Below, piece after piece: positions 34,480-44,534 of a stretch of 64,000 nt of DNA. Position 1 is the first letter of the stretch. Every line of letters begins with the position of its first letter. The notes beneath the pieces were generated by a model. The model saw nothing but the letters and a program-made list of their open reading frames with translations. It did not search any database and was not told the origin of the DNA. A program made the position numbers and the translations under genes. This DNA comes from Myxococcales bacterium. Its GTDB lineage: Bacteria; Myxococcota_A; Polyangia; Nannocystales; Nannocystaceae. Location: NCBI GenBank assembly GCA_020633335.1, contig JACKDU010000002.1:314730-378729 (forward strand), read 5' to 3'.

Positions 34480-36111
34480 ATGTCTCGCGCTCTCCTCGCC
34501 CCCCTCCCCCTCCTCGTCGGCCTCGCGCTCGCCGGCGCCCCTCGCCCGGCCGACGCCTGTCAGTACGCCAACTGCCAGTCGGACGGCGCGGTCAACAAGC
34601 CGGCCGACTTCGCGCTCAGCCTCCCCTTCAAGTCGGGCGAGACGGTCAAGGTGCTCTCGGGCTACGGCCCCAACGCCGGCTCGTCGCTCCACTGCCGCGC
34701 CCAGGACTCGAGCTGCGCCAACGACTGGCATGCGCTCGACCTCGTCCTCCCCAACCAGGCCAACTGGGGGAAGGGACAGCCGGTGGTCGCGGCCGCCAGC
34801 GGCACGGTGATCGCCGCCGGCTGGGGGACCTCGGGTTGGGCCTCCTACGGCCAGCGCGTCTACATCCAGCACGACTACAACGCCGACGGCCACAAGTACG
34901 TCACGATGTACGCCCACCTCGACACCGTCGCCGTCTCCCAGGGGCAGAAGGTGGCGATGGGCGACACCCTCGGCACCCTCGGGCAGTCGTGCAACGAGGC
35001 CAAGAGCTGCGCGAACTTCTCGACCCCGCACCTCCACTTCGCGCTCCACCGCGACTCGAATTTCGGCGGCTCCGGCAGCGGCGGCTCCTACGGCGGGCGG
35101 GCGACCGTCCCCGAGCCGATCGACGGCTACTCGAACCTCAAGCAGGGCGACCTGATGACGTCGATGAACGGCGACGAGGAGCCGCCGCCGCCGCCCCCCG
35201 ACATGTGCAACGCGATCCCGCCGCAGGGCGCGATCCTCGAGGACGACGGCCCCTGCCTCACCCTCGGCGGCAAGCCGGCGAACTACGGCGAGATCGCCGG
35301 CAACGGCGGCCACGCCTACCACACCGCCCTCGACGTCCCCTCCCCCGACTACGCCGAGGGCGGGATCTGGCTCCTCAACTTCGAGCAGGCCGGCGACTAC
35401 GAGCTCTCGGTCTTCGTCCCGGCCGGCCTCCCGAGCCCGGCGAACAAGGCGACCTACAAGATCGCCTTCAACGGCCAGGCGACCAAGGCCTACGTCGACC
35501 ACGCGGCGGTCGCCGGCAACTGGGCGTCGCTCGGGACCTTCACCTTCGCCGCCGGCGGCGATCAGTGGGTGCGCCTCGGCGACAACTACGACCTCCCCGG
35601 CGACAACGGCAAGCGGATCGCCATCGACGCCCTCAAGATCGTCCCCGGGGTCGCGCCCTGTGAGTGCATGCCTGGCCAAACGGACAGCTTGCCCTGCGGC
35701 AACAACGGCGAGCAGACGCGGACCTGCGACGGCTGCAGCTGGGGCCCCTGGTCGATGTGCTCCGACGACTCCGGCACCGGCGATCCGGTGACCACCGGCG
35801 ATGACAGCGGCACCGCCACCGGCGCGGGGACGGGGGGCAGCGCGAGCTCCTCGGACTCCGCCTCCGGCACCGGCGGCTCCGACGGCTCCAGCGGGGGCGG
35901 TGGCTCCGACTCCGCGGCGTCATCGTCGTCGGGCTCGGCCTCGGGCTCGGCGACCGCCGGCGTGACCTCGCTCGGCTCAGCCAGCGCCAGCGGCTTCTAC
36001 GACGAGCCTGATAGCGGCTGCTCGTGCCGCAGCACCAGCACGGATCCCGCCGCCCTCGTCGGTCTCTTCGTCCTCGTCGGCGTCGGTCGGCGCCGTCGCC
36101 AGCGCTCGTAA
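34480..36111 (+). CDS. M23/LytM-family metallopeptidase with a C-terminal MYXO-CTERM sorting signal
   Basis: M23 motifs HxxxD (GHKYVTMYAHLDTV) and HxH (TPHLHFALH). C-terminal GCSCRS...LVGLFVLVGVGRRRRQRS. Confidence 0.75.
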   Translation: MSRALLAPLPLLVGLALAGAPRPADACQYANCQSDGAVNKPADFALSLPFKSGETVKVLSGYGPNAGSSLHCRAQDSSCANDWHALDLVLPNQANWGKGQPVVAAASGTVIAAGWGTSGWASYGQRVYIQHDYNADGHKYVTMYAHLDTVAVSQGQKVAMGDTLGTLGQSCNEAKSCANFSTPHLHFALHRDSNFGGSGSGGSYGGRATVPEPIDGYSNLKQGDLMTSMNGDEEPPPPPPDMCNAIPPQGAILEDDGPCLTLGGKPANYGEIAGNGGHAYHTALDVPSPDYAEGGIWLLNFEQAGDYELSVFVPAGLPSPANKATYKIAFNGQATKAYVDHAAVAGNWASLGTFTFAAGGDQWVRLGDNYDLPGDNGKRIAIDALKIVPGVAPCECMPGQTDSLPCGNNGEQTRTCDGCSWGPWSMCSDDSGTGDPVTTGDDSGTATGAGTGGSASSSDSASGTGGSDGSSGGGGSDSAASSSSGSASGSATAGVTSLGSASASGFYDEPDSGCSCRSTSTDPAALVGLFVLVGVGRRRRQRS

Positions 36112-36114
36112 GAT

Positions 36115-36202
36115 GTCAGGGCCTCGACGGCGGTGGGGAGGTAGACGGCGAACGACAAAGGGGAGGTCGAACGCCACGCCGTCGAGACCCTGACCTCCCC
36201 AC
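36115..36202. other. Crossing inverted repeats (A-B-A'-B') capable of forming a pseudoknot or mutually exclusive hairpins
   Basis: A 36115-36132 pairs with A' 36177-36194 (17/18 matches). B 36133-36142 pairs with B' 36193-36202 (10/10). The element sits directly after the M23 peptidase stop. Confidence 0.35.
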
Positions 36203-36363
36203 CATAGCGAGCGCCACTCGACTTGACCAGCCACGCCGCGCCGCTCCGCCCCGGCGAGGGAGGTGCGTCCTGTGGGCACCCGGCCGATGTCGACGCCCGG
36301 CGCGAGGGGCGACTCACGTCCGCGGTCAAGGTGAGACGTGTCGCGGCCTGCCCGACTGGTGCG

Positions 36364-37125
36364 CTAGCAGCCGCCCTTGTGGCAGGTGGCGCAGCTCGCC
36401 AGGAACTCGCCGTAGAGGGCGGCGCGGTGGGCAGGTTCACGGACCGCCTTGCCGCTCCCTGCGAGCTCGTGAACGCGGTTCCGCAGGGCGACTATCTCTT
36501 CGGGCAGCTCGACGTTCTCGGTGAGATCCTCGGCATGCATCGGCGACTCCGCCAGGACCTCCGCGCCCCGCGCCCAGGCCTTGTCGGAGGGCGCGATGAG
36601 GCCCTCCCACATCCGCTCCGCGGCCCATTGGTGACGCATCATGTGGGGAACGACGCCCTCGACCCGGTCGGGCGGATCGAGCACCTCGGGCCGCGGGCCG
36701 ACCCCGAGCGCGCGGTGACACTCGCCGCAGACCGCCGCGAGGCTCGCGGCCTTGGCGGCCGCCTCCCCGATCTCCTGGGCCGCGACCAGCCCCTGAGCCT
36801 CGCGCTGCATGTGCTCGACGTGCGCGCGCCACCCCTCCGGGTACTCGGAGACCTTCATCTCCTCGGCGAGCCAGCGGGCGGGCTCCCGCAGGTCCTCGAG
36901 CTCGCCGGCGATCACCGCGTCGCGGATCCGTGCGGCCTGCTGGAAGTGCTCGATCATCGGCGGATGGTTCGCCGGGTGCTCGGCCTTGGCCGGCTCCGCG
37001 TCCGCGGGCGCCTCGGCCGACTTCTCGCCGCTCGATCGCTCCACCGTCGCCTTCTCCTCGCCCCGTGACGAGCTCGAGCAGGCCAGCGGAGCGAGGACGA
37101 GGAGGAGCGGAAGAAGCCGTCGCAT
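36364..37125 (-). CDS. Di-haem c-type cytochrome lipoprotein
   Basis: Lipobox LAPLACSS and two CxxCH motifs (CGECH, CATCH). Start at the internal ATG 37125. Confidence 0.65.
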   Translation of the reverse strand: MRRLLPLLLVLAPLACSSSSRGEEKATVERSSGEKSAEAPADAEPAKAEHPANHPPMIEHFQQAARIRDAVIAGELEDLREPARWLAEEMKVSEYPEGWRAHVEHMQREAQGLVAAQEIGEAAAKAASLAAVCGECHRALGVGPRPEVLDPPDRVEGVVPHMMRHQWAAERMWEGLIAPSDKAWARGAEVLAESPMHAEDLTENVELPEEIVALRNRVHELAGSGKAVREPAHRAALYGEFLASCATCHKGGC

Positions 37126-37216
37126 GGTGGCCTCAAAAGCTCGCACGAGCGCCGCAGAAGCGCCAAATTGAAGCGCCCTCGCGCCTCGGCAATCCTTGCG
37201 CCAGGCGCCGCGGTCG

Positions 37217-37873
37217 CTAGCCCGCGCTCACGAGGCCGATCGGACAGCCGACCCCGGTCCCGCCGATCCCGCAGTAGCCCCCCGGATTCTTGGCCAGGTA
37301 CTGCTGGTGGTAGTCCTCGGCGTAGTAGAAGGTCGGGGCGTCGACGATCTCGGTGGTGATCGCCGGGAAACCGGCGCCCGCGAGGCGCTCGCCGTAGAGC
37401 GCCCGCGACCGGGTCGCCGCGGCCGCCTGGTCGGCGTCGAAGGTGTAGATCCCCGAGCGGTACTGGGTGCCGACGTCGTTGCCCTGGCGCATCCCCTGGG
37501 TCGGATCGTGGCTCTCCCAGAAGACCTTGAGGAGCGCCTCGTAGGTGGTCTTCGTGGGATCGAAGATCACGAGGACGACCTCGTTGTGGCCGGTGAGGCC
37601 GCTGCAGACCTCGCGGTAGGTCGGGTTGGGGGTGAGGCCGCCGGCGTAGCCGACCGCCGTCGAGTAGACCCCCGGCTGCTGCCAGAGGCGGCGCTCGGCC
37701 CCCCAGAAGCAGCCGAGCCCGAACATCGCCCGGGCCATCCCCTCCGGGAAGGGCGGGACGATCCGATGACCGGTGACGAAGTGGACCTCGGGGACAGGCA
37801 TCGCCTCGGCGCGCCCCGGGAGGGCCTCGGCGCGCGTCGGCATCTTCAGCTTGCGGGGATCGACGGAGAACAT
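37217..37873 (-). CDS. msrA: Peptide methionine sulfoxide reductase A
   Basis: GLGCFWG active-site motif. Starts at the internal ATG (MFSVDPRK...). Confidence 0.9.
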   Translation of the reverse strand: MFSVDPRKLKMPTRAEALPGRAEAMPVPEVHFVTGHRIVPPFPEGMARAMFGLGCFWGAERRLWQQPGVYSTAVGYAGGLTPNPTYREVCSGLTGHNEVVLVIFDPTKTTYEALLKVFWESHDPTQGMRQGNDVGTQYRSGIYTFDADQAAAATRSRALYGERLAGAGFPAITTEIVDAPTFYYAEDYHQQYLAKNPGGYCGIGGTGVGCPIGLVSAG

Positions 37874-38073
37874 CGCGGCTCGGCACCATAGCAGAGGCGC
37901 GCGGCGGCGGCGCGGCGATCGCAGGTGGAGGCGGCGACGGGCGCCTCCAGGCTTCGACCGCCGATCTCGCTCCGGATCGTCGCCCGCGATCTCGCTCGGG
38001 GGGCCGATCCGCGCGGGCGATCGAGGCTGGCCGGCGCCAGCCTCTCCGGGCACACTCGGGGGGACCGAGGCCG

Positions 38074-38817
38074 ATGTTCCTCAGCGCCTACATCTTCTCG
38101 CTGGTCGCCGGCGGCGTCGTCCTCCTCGCGTCGATCGTCTTCGGCGGCCATGACGACGCCGACGCCGACGGCCCGGCGGCCCTCCACGCGGGCGACGGGA
38201 TCGGGGACGTCGACGCCGACGCCGACGTCGGGGACGTCGACGCTGACGCCGACATCGACGCCGACGCCGACGCGGATGTCGACGCCGACGCGGATCACGG
38301 CGACGGCTTCGCCCACCCGCACGCGGACGTCGACGCCGGCGCGCTCATCCACGTCGAGCGCGGGCAGCTCTCCCGGCGCAAACGCCGCAACCCGCTCCTC
38401 TCGACCCTCTCCTCCCTCCGCTTCTGGACCTTCTTCGCCACCTTCTTCGGCCTCACCGGCGCGGTCTTCGAGGGGCTCGGCCTGGTCGGCGCGATCCCTG
38501 CGATGATCCTCGCGCTGACGATGGGCGGGCTCATCGGCACCACCGCCACCGTCGTCCTCCGCCGCCTCGCCGCCGGGACCACCGGCGCCGCGCCGACCAG
38601 CCGCGACTTCGTCGGTCAGAGCGGGCGCGTCCTGGTGCCGGTCCGCCCCGGCGGGCTCGGGAAGATCCGCCTGCAGATCCAGGGCACCACCGTCGACATG
38701 CTGGCGACGACCGACGAGGGAGAGATCGACGCCGGTCAGCTCGCGCTGATCATCGAGATCCGCGAGACCACCGCGATCGTCGTCCGCCAGGGGCAGCTCG
38801 CCGCCAGCGAGCCCTGA
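38074..38817 (+). CDS. NfeD-like membrane protein (short form, C-terminal OB-fold) with an Asp/Ala repeat insert
   Basis: TM helices and a C-terminal NfeD beta-barrel ([31 protein letters not shown]). Between them lies [28 protein letters not shown]. Confidence 0.65.
   Translation: MFLSAYIFSLVAGGVVLLASIVFGGHDDADADGPAALHAGDGIGDVDADADVGDVDADADIDADADADVDADADHGDGFAHPHADVDAGALIHVERGQLSRRKRRNPLLSTLSSLRFWTFFATFFGLTGAVFEGLGLVGAIPAMILALTMGGLIGTTATVVLRRLAAGTTGAAPTSRDFVGQSGRVLVPVRPGGLGKIRLQIQGTTVDMLATTDEGEIDAGQLALIIEIRETTAIVVRQGQLAASEP
38152..38340 (+). repeat. (GACGCC)n imperfect hexanucleotide microsatellite inside a coding region
   Basis: gacgccgacgccgac... units read directly from the sequence. 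They encode the DA repeats of the NfeD-like protein. Confidence 0.7.
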
Positions 38818-38942
38818 CGCCGCACGCCCCACGTGTGCAGGGATCGCGGCCCGGCTGTGACCGACTCGTGACCCGGGGCTCCGCGCGCCAGGGTACGATG
38901 GCGGCGCCGCGCGAGTCCGCGCGGGCCCCCGAGGAGCGCGAG

Positions 38943-40604
38943 ATGGCCGAGCGACGCGATGATCTGAGCAAGCCCAGGACGACCACCGACCTCCCCCGCC
39001 GGGACTTCCTCCGCCTCTCCCTCGGCGGCGCCGCCCTCCTCGCCGGCTGCGGCGACGACGAGATCGGCGACTCGGCGAGCGCCGGCACCAGCGGCTCGAC
39101 CGGCGAGACCACCGGGGGGAGCGGCGGCGCGTCGACCTCGAACGGCACCAGCGAGACCAGCGGCGGCGCCAGCGAGAGCGCCGGGAGCACCACCGGCGAC
39201 GGCACCTCGACCGGCGATCCCTCGACCAGCGGGAGCAGCGGCGACACCTCGACCACCGCGGTCGACACCGCGACCAGCGGAACCACGACCGAGGGCGACA
39301 CGACCACAGGCGACGAGCTCTGCGCCGGCGAGGTGATCGCCTTCGACCCCGAGGCGATCCCGCTCGACGACGAGACCTTCCCGCTCGCGGTGATGGCCGG
39401 CGAGATGAAGCCGACCTCGATCATGGTCACCGTCTTCATCGCCGACGGCGCGCCGAAGACCCTCCGAATCTGGCGCAAGAGCCAGGAGGACGGCTTCGTC
39501 GAGCTGATCCACGAGGCGCCGATGATCCCGACCCCCGAGGGCTACGCGAAGCTCGCGGTCGAGGGGCTCTGCCCCGGCACCTGGTACTACTACGGCTTCT
39601 TCGCCGGCGATCCCGACGCCTTCACCGGCCGCTCGATCATCGGCGAGGTCCGGACCGCGATCGCCGACGACGCCCTCGAGACCCTGACGATCGCCATGAC
39701 CGCCTGCAACGGCTCGTCGCTCGACTGGCCGGCGCTCGAGGTCACCGCCGACGAGTACTACGACGTCTTCATCCACCTCGGCGACATGGCCTACAACGAC
39801 GGCGCCGAGACCCTCGAGGAGTACCGCGCGAGCTGGAAGAAGTACCTCTCGGTCGCCGGCTTCAAGCTCGCCTACGCCCGCGCCGGCCTCTACGCGACCT
39901 GGGACGATCACGAGATCGACGACAACAGCAACTTCGATCGCGAGACCATGGACCCGCAGGAGCTCCAGCGCCGGCAGAACGCGATGGACGCGTACTTCGA
40001 GCTGGTGCCGATCGACGCGGAGGGGCCGAATTACCGGCTCTGGCGCTCCTTCCGCTGGGGGATGACGGCCGAGATCATCGTCCTCGACTGCCGCTACGAG
40101 CGGCGGCCCTCGCAGAAGCTCTACATCAGCGCGCTGCAGATGATGTTCCTCAAGGACCGCCTGCTCAACTCGCCCTGCCACTTCAAGATCGTCATGAACT
40201 CGGTGCCGATCACCAACATGCCGCTCCCCTGGGACATCGCGGCGAACGACCGCTGGGAGGGCTACCCGGGGCAGCGCAAGGAGGTGATGGACTTCATCAC
40301 CCAAAACGACATCACGAACGTGTGGTTCCTCTCCGGGGACTTCCACGTCTGCTTCGTCTCCCGCCTCGAGCCCTCGGGGAGCGCGCTCGCCAACCGCACC
40401 CGCGAGATCGCGGTGACCGGCGGCAACGAGAACCCGATCCCCGAGATCCTCACCCAGCTGAACCAGCCCCAATTCGACTACGGCACCCACAAGGCGCGGG
40501 GCTGCGTGCTGACCTTCGATCCGATGGCCGACGCGGTGAACGTCCGCTTCATCGATCCGCAGAGCGGCGTCGACCTCTACAACAAGTCGCTGACCCAGGC
40601 CTGA
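38943..40604 (+). CDS. phoD: PhoD-like alkaline phosphatase/phosphodiesterase with a Tat signal and lipobox
   Basis: Twin-arginine motif PRRDFLRLSLGGAALLAGC. PhoD metallophosphatase core (HLGDMAY, WDDHEID). The ATG at 38943 has GAGGAG upstream. Confidence 0.8.
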   Translation: MAERRDDLSKPRTTTDLPRRDFLRLSLGGAALLAGCGDDEIGDSASAGTSGSTGETTGGSGGASTSNGTSETSGGASESAGSTTGDGTSTGDPSTSGSSGDTSTTAVDTATSGTTTEGDTTTGDELCAGEVIAFDPEAIPLDDETFPLAVMAGEMKPTSIMVTVFIADGAPKTLRIWRKSQEDGFVELIHEAPMIPTPEGYAKLAVEGLCPGTWYYYGFFAGDPDAFTGRSIIGEVRTAIADDALETLTIAMTACNGSSLDWPALEVTADEYYDVFIHLGDMAYNDGAETLEEYRASWKKYLSVAGFKLAYARAGLYATWDDHEIDDNSNFDRETMDPQELQRRQNAMDAYFELVPIDAEGPNYRLWRSFRWGMTAEIIVLDCRYERRPSQKLYISALQMMFLKDRLLNSPCHFKIVMNSVPITNMPLPWDIAANDRWEGYPGQRKEVMDFITQNDITNVWFLSGDFHVCFVSRLEPSGSALANRTREIAVTGGNENPIPEILTQLNQPQFDYGTHKARGCVLTFDPMADAVNVRFIDPQSGVDLYNKSLTQA

Positions 40605-40619
40605 GCCGGCAGCGCCCGC

Positions 40620-43600
40620 TCACTTGCGCGGCGGCAGCTTGGGGAGGCGCGGGAGCTTGAGCGGGCCCTTGGCCTCCGGCTTGCTCGGCGCGGGGGCCTT
40701 CGGCGGAGGCCGCGGCGGCCCGCCCTCCTCGACGCGCGTCAGCATGCTCTCCGAGATCTCCTCGATCTCCTCGATCGCGTCCTCTGCCGGCGGCTGACGA
40801 CGGGCCGAGGGCGGCGCGAAGGAGCCGCCGATCCCGACGTCAGGCAGCGTCGTCGGCGTCCGGATCGCCACCCGCACGGTGCGATCGGGGGAGGTGCTTG
40901 TGCGCGAGCCGGGCTCGACGCGGATCGGCTCCGAGCGGCTCGGTTGGGGCGCCGCAGGACCGGACGACGGTCGAGCGCTCGCCGGCTTCGGTGACGGCGC
41001 CGGCGCGGGCACGACCGGCGTCGCCGCGACGCTCGGCTTCGCCAGCGTCGACGAGGCCGGAGACGCGCTCTTCGACGCCGCGGTCGACGTCGACGGTGAG
41101 CCGCCGAGGAGCGGAGCGACCGGCGTCGCCGCTGGCGCGCCGAGCTTGCCCGGCGAGCGCGAGGTCGGCGGAGCACCCAGCGTCGGCGCCACGGGCGTCG
41201 CCACACTCGGCGGCGCGCCGATCGTCGGCGCCGCCGGCGTCGCCACCGGCGCACCGATCGTCGGGACCACCGGCGTCGCGCGGATCGTCGGCGCGACCGG
41301 CGTGACGAGCGGCGCAGCGATCGTCGGCGGCGCGCCGATCGTCGGCGGCACCGGCGTCACCGACGGCGCGCCGATGCGCCCGGCGCTCAGCGGCGGCATC
41401 CCGAGGAGACCGCCGACCGTCCGGGTGTCGCTCGCAGGCGGGCCGAGCGGCGCGGGCTCCCGCACCGTGTCCTCCTGCCGCGGCCGAGGGGCGGGCTCCC
41501 GCACGGTGTCCTGCGTCGGCGGCCGCGGTGCTGGCTCCCGCACGGTGTCCTGCCGGGTGGTCGACACCGCCACGATCGGCGCGGTCCCGGAGTCGTCGGC
41601 GAAGATGTCGACGTAGTCCTCCTCCGGCGGCGCGGCGAGATCCGGCGCGACGAGCCCCTCCGGGTTGGTCGCCCCCGGATCGACCTCGACGCCGACGCCG
41701 TCCTCGGGCCACTCCTCATCCTCGGGCCACTCCTCGCCGCCGCTCAGCGTCTCGACCAGGATCCCGCTGGCGTCGAGGCCGAGCGAGTGCTCGACCGGCT
41801 CGGAGTGCCAGCCCTCGTCGCCAGCGGGGGCCGGCGCGGGCCGACGCACCGTCTCCTCGGAGCCGATGCTCGGCGGCGGCCGGCGCACGGTGTCCTCGGT
41901 CGGTCCAGACGTCGCCTCGGGCTCGGGTTCGACGATTTCGAAGTCGCCGGAGGCGGCAGCGACCGGGGCCGCGGTCGCGCTCTCGTCGACCGCAATGTCG
42001 ATGTCAAAGCTCTCCGTCGCCGCGGGCGCAGGCGCAGGCGCACTCTCCCGAGACTTCGCGAGCTTGGCCTCGAGGGCCGCCCGCGCCCGCGCGGCGACGG
42101 AGCCGAGGTCCCGCATCGTCGTCGCCCGCCGCTTCGGGGCGTCCGCCGGCGGCCCGAGATCGCCGAGCTCGACCTCCTCCTCCTCGAAGGTGATCGTCAG
42201 ATCGAGCGCGCTCTCGCCGGCCGGCGGCTCGTCGATGTCGTCGATGTCGATGTCGATCGCGCTCGACGAGGACCCGCTCCGCTGGAAGTAGCGCCCCGAG
42301 GTGTCGGCCGTCGCGTGCCTGTCCGTTCGGACATCTTGCCGCCCCTGGCCGGCGGAGGCGACGTTCTGGGGGGCGCCCCCCCGCCGCCCCTGCGCGTGGG
42401 CCTGGGTCTGCGGGTTGACCACGTTGGGCTGCTGGGCGTAGCGCGGCTGCGCCGGCCGCGCCTGCACCTGATTGAGCGGATTGCCCGCCTGCGGGCGCGC
42501 CTGCACCTGATTGAGCGGATTGGCCGACTGCCGCCCCTGCACCTGGTTGAGCGGGTTGTAGGCCTGCGGCTGCGCCTGCTGCTGCTGCCAGCCGCCGCCG
42601 TGGACCTGGTTGAGCGGGTTGCCGCCGGCGGCGTAGGGGATCGGGCTCGGCGACGGGGTCGCCACGTGCGGCTGGTAGGCCATCGGCCGCGGCGTCGGCG
42701 TCGCCGCGGCGGTGCTCGACGACATCGGCCCCGACGGCGTGTAGACGGCGGCCATCTGCCCGAGGTTCGGGCGGTAGAAGATCGACGGCGGCATCCCCCG
42801 CTCCTCGATCATCTCGGCGAGGATGTCCTGGACGACAGCCTGCATCACCGCCGCGCTCGGCCAGCGATCTTCGCGGTTGAACATCAGCGCCCGATCGACG
42901 ACCTCGATCACCCGCGGGCTGAGGTGGGGCGCGAGCGTCCGCAGCGAGCGGGCCTGGGACTTCGCCGCCCGGATCAGGCGCTCGACCACCGAGCCGTTCA
43001 TCCCGTGGACGGTCTCGCCGGTGAGCGCCTTGAACATCGTCGCCGCGACCGCCCAGAGGTCGGCGCGCCCGTCCATGTCGTCGTTGCTCGCCCGCGCGGC
43101 CTCCGGCGAGACGTAGGCGACGGTGCCGAAGACGATCTCGGAGGAGTGGACGCCGGCGACCGCCGGCAGCTCGCGGACCCGGGCGAGGCCGAAGTCGAGG
43201 AGCTTCACGATCCCCGCGCGGGTCAACATGATGTTGGCCGGCTTGATGTCGCGGTGGATGATGTCCTTCGCGTGGGCGGCCGCGAGGACGTCGAGGAGCT
43301 GGTCGGCGATGCTGAGGACGTCGATCTCGCGGAGGACGTGCTCGCGGGCGAGGCAGCTCTCGAGCGACTCGCCGTCGAGGAGCTCCATCACCAGGTAGAC
43401 GTCCCCCTCCTCGGTCGCGTCGTCGTCGATCACCGTCACCGAGCCGGGGTGACCGACCAGGTTGGCGGCGTAGCCCTCCCGGAGGAAGCGGGTGCGCGCC
43501 TGAACGTCCGAGACGTACTTCGGGTGGAGCATCTTGATGGCGGCCCGGGTCCCGTTGCGGTGGGTCGCCTCATAGACCGCGGCCATCCCGCCCACGTCGA

Positions 43601-43673
43601 TCAGACGGTCGAGATGGTACTTGCCGCGGAGGACCTTCCCCACGCGCTCCCTTGCAAGCAGCGTCAGATCCAT
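40620..43673 (-). CDS. Ser/Thr protein kinase (catalytically intact) with a roughly 700-aa low-complexity C-terminal region containing tandem repeats
   Basis: AIKMLHP, HRDIKPANIM, DFGLAR and APE motifs. Repeats NPLNQVQ(G/A)RP x5, DTVREPAPRP x3 and PTIGAP/ATPVAPT x about 8. Confidence 0.85.
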   Translation of the reverse strand: MDLTLLARERVGKVLRGKYHLDRLIDVGGMAAVYEATHRNGTRAAIKMLHPKYVSDVQARTRFLREGYAANLVGHPGSVTVIDDDATEEGDVYLVMELLDGESLESCLAREHVLREIDVLSIADQLLDVLAAAHAKDIIHRDIKPANIMLTRAGIVKLLDFGLARVRELPAVAGVHSSEIVFGTVAYVSPEAARASNDDMDGRADLWAVAATMFKALTGETVHGMNGSVVERLIRAAKSQARSLRTLAPHLSPRVIEVVDRALMFNREDRWPSAAVMQAVVQDILAEMIEERGMPPSIFYRPNLGQMAAVYTPSGPMSSSTAAATPTPRPMAYQPHVATPSPSPIPYAAGGNPLNQVHGGGWQQQQAQPQAYNPLNQVQGRQSANPLNQVQARPQAGNPLNQVQARPAQPRYAQQPNVVNPQTQAHAQGRRGGAPQNVASAGQGRQDVRTDRHATADTSGRYFQRSGSSSSAIDIDIDDIDEPPAGESALDLTITFEEEEVELGDLGPPADAPKRRATTMRDLGSVAARARAALEAKLAKSRESAPAPAPAATESFDIDIAVDESATAAPVAAASGDFEIVEPEPEATSGPTEDTVRRPPPSIGSEETVRRPAPAPAGDEGWHSEPVEHSLGLDASGILVETLSGGEEWPEDEEWPEDGVGVEVDPGATNPEGLVAPDLAAPPEEDYVDIFADDSGTAPIVAVSTTRQDTVREPAPRPPTQDTVREPAPRPRQEDTVREPAPLGPPASDTRTVGGLLGMPPLSAGRIGAPSVTPVPPTIGAPPTIAAPLVTPVAPTIRATPVVPTIGAPVATPAAPTIGAPPSVATPVAPTLGAPPTSRSPGKLGAPAATPVAPLLGGSPSTSTAASKSASPASSTLAKPSVAATPVVPAPAPSPKPASARPSSGPAAPQPSRSEPIRVEPGSRTSTSPDRTVRVAIRTPTTLPDVGIGGSFAPPSARRQPPAEDAIEEIEEISESMLTRVEEGGPPRPPPKAPAPSKPEAKGPLKLPRLPKLPPRK

Positions 43674-43949
43674 CTCGCTATCCCGACCCCTGCGCCTCTC
43701 CCCCGGTGATCGCCTGCATCAAGCAGACCAGCCCGAATATCCTGGACGTGGGGCCCCAGGATCGCCAGAGAAAACTTCGTCCCGCGGGCCCGTGCGGGCG
43801 CTCGGAGGCGACCTTCCGGGGCCGTGGGCGAGGGACGAGTCCGCGCCGCCGCCGGCGCCCTGGCGAGCGCCGAGCGAGCGCCCCTTGTCCGTCGGAGTCC
43901 GCGCGTGGCATACCCGAGGGGCGCTTTCGCTCGACACGGAGGTCCCCCC

Positions 43950-44504
43950 ATGAAAGCCCACCACGCCCTGCTCTCTGCCCTCCTCGCCGCTGCCGTCGCC
44001 TGCGGCGGCCAGGACGACGGCAAGACCCGCGGAAACATCGCCAAGGCCTTCGAGAACGCGGCCGATCCCGAGGCCAACGCGAAGAAGGCCTCCGAGGACA
44101 TGAAGCGTCTCAAGGAGCGGACCGCCGCCAAGCAGGAGGCCGCGATCCGCGAGGCGATCGACGCGGTCACGGTCGCCCCGCCGGCCGCCGGCGTCGACCT
44201 GAAGCGCGCGTGCGCTGGCATGCGCGAGGCCTACGACCAATTCGTCCAGCGGCGGATCCAGCACGACACGACCGAGCTCGACCGCTGGAACGTCTTCAAG
44301 GCGATGGATCTCGACAAGGCCGAGGCCGAGTGCCTCGATCACAAGAGCGTCGAGGTCGCGCTCTGCCAGCAGCACGCGTTCGAAAACGCCTCGCGCGAGG
44401 TCACGCGCTCGCGGGCGGGCGAGATCCTCAATCGCTGTATCGACAAGTACGGCAACCAGCTCGGCGCGCTGCAGCCGCAGACCGGCGCCGTGACCCCCTC
44501 GTAG
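43950..44504 (+). CDS. Hypothetical lipoprotein
   Basis: RBS ACGGAGG, signal plus lipobox LAAAVACGG. Helical and charged. Confidence 0.5.
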   Translation: MKAHHALLSALLAAAVACGGQDDGKTRGNIAKAFENAADPEANAKKASEDMKRLKERTAAKQEAAIREAIDAVTVAPPAAGVDLKRACAGMREAYDQFVQRRIQHDTTELDRWNVFKAMDLDKAEAECLDHKSVEVALCQQHAFENASREVTRSRAGEILNRCIDKYGNQLGALQPQTGAVTPS

Positions 44505-44534
44505 GGGGTTCCCCGGCCGCCAGCGCCCGAAGGA

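Noticed and set aside
38152-38340. Possible CRISPR-like periodicity
   Set aside because: The unit is a 6-nt microsatellite inside a CDS with no spacer-like unique segments. The QPFAQ array likewise lacks spacers. No cas genes are present.
40739-42291. Multiple overlapping ORFs on both strands inside the kinase C-terminal region
   Set aside because: Shadows caused by the stop-poor, repeat-rich tail of the real minus-strand kinase gene.
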